From Sandaracinaceae bacterium (GTDB lineage Bacteria > Myxococcota_A > Polyangia > Polyangiales > Sandaracinaceae): a stretch of DNA of 39,567 nt. Made by a program: the position numbers and the translations under genes. The notes below the pieces were generated by a model that searched no databases, had not been told where the DNA came from, and saw only the letters and a list, made by a program, of their open reading frames with translations. The DNA lies in assembly GCA_044220955.1 (NCBI GenBank), contig JBGAQA010000009.1, positions 1 through 39,567 on the forward strand. Direction: 5' to 3'. Shown here in pieces: positions 38,015 through 39,567 of the stretch; position 1 is the stretch's first letter, and each line of letters opens with the position of its first letter.

Positions 38015-38736
38015 ATGCGCTCCCGCTCCCGAGACCGCGCGAGACGAAGCGGCATGACTCTCATCGAGATCATGATCGTCATCATCTTGCTCGCGATCGT
38101 GGCCAGCGGGATCACGTACAGCTTCAACGCGCTCAACCGTACGTACCTGCGCTCGGCGTGCATGCACATCACCGCCGGCGCGCGCTACGCGTACAACCGC
38201 GCGATCGTGCGCAACACGACCGTCCGCCTCGTCTTCGATCTCGAGAACGGCACGATGGCCTTCGAGGAGTCGGAGATCCCGGTCACGCTCGCACGCATCG
38301 GCGACGAGCGCCGCGAGTTCAGCCGGGAGGCCGCGCAGGGCGAGGGCGACGGTCCGGACGTCGACTCGGCGGGTGTCGACCCCTGGGCCGCGGCGCAGGC
38401 GCGCCTGGCCGACACCATCCACCCGACCTTCGGAGCGTCGCCCTTCCAGGGCCTGCGCGGCGCTCACTACGCGGCGCACGCGCTCGGCCCCGGCGTGGTC
38501 GTCACGCGTCTGTACACCCCTCACGAGGAGGAGTACCGGGACGAGGGCACGGGTCACGTCTACTTCTTCCCGCACGGTCAGACCGAGAACGCGGTCGTCT
38601 GGCTGAGCGACGGCAACGACCACACGTACTCGGTCGAGCTGCACCCGCTCACCGGTCGCACGCGCGTCCGTGCGTTCGCATACGAGCCCGAGGAGCTCAT
38701 CATCGAAGGCGCAGAGGACAGCTCGGAGGTCACCCG

Positions 38737-38740
<4 letters not shown>
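38015..38740 (+). CDS. gspH: Minor pseudopilin, GspH/FimT-like
   Basis: RRSG/MTLIEIMIV, ARYAYNRAI, YFFPHGQTE and LHPLTGRTRV. Confidence 0.8.

Positions 38741-39567
<827 letters not shown>

Overview
A very GC-rich bacterial window, probably from a myxobacterium (Polyangiales/Sandaracinus-like). This is inferred from a MYXO-CTERM-type tail, Cys-rich lipoproteins, AgmX/TonB-C-like modules, a Uma2 gene and a sigma54-type promoter. (1) 1-7190 is an accessory region with lower GC in places. It holds fused gene remnants, a 37-Cys lipoprotein and a four-gene minus-strand cassette (anchored helical protein, Sec-exported RTX-repeat protein, two lipoproteins) behind an N-truncated NarL/LuxR-type regulator. 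That regulator meets an N-truncated ABC permease head-to-head at about 7185. (2) 7.2-11.9 kb has an ABC permease, a MYXO-CTERM protein, an alpha/beta hydrolase and a divergent RHH regulator plus a small helical protein. (3) 11.9-19.4 kb is a nine-gene sulfide/persulfide cluster: ArsR-rhodanese, persulfide dioxygenase, MFS, DsrE, SQR-like flavoprotein, cysteine synthase-family enzyme, cysteine desulfurase and two YeeE/YedE proteins. (4) 19.4-30.1 kb is mostly housekeeping: AlkA-like glycosylase, fadI/fadJ, Uma2, Sel1 lipoprotein, agmatine deiminase, GreA/B-like protein, and tesB with four upstream genes. (5) 30.3-39.6 kb is a type II secretion operon (gspC-D-E-F, a non-cleavable GspG-like gene, gspG, gspH, gspI) with several unusual insertions, ending in a probable poly-C artefact. 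No rRNA, tRNA, CRISPR array, integrase or transposase was recognised. All family calls come from motifs read by eye, not from database searches.
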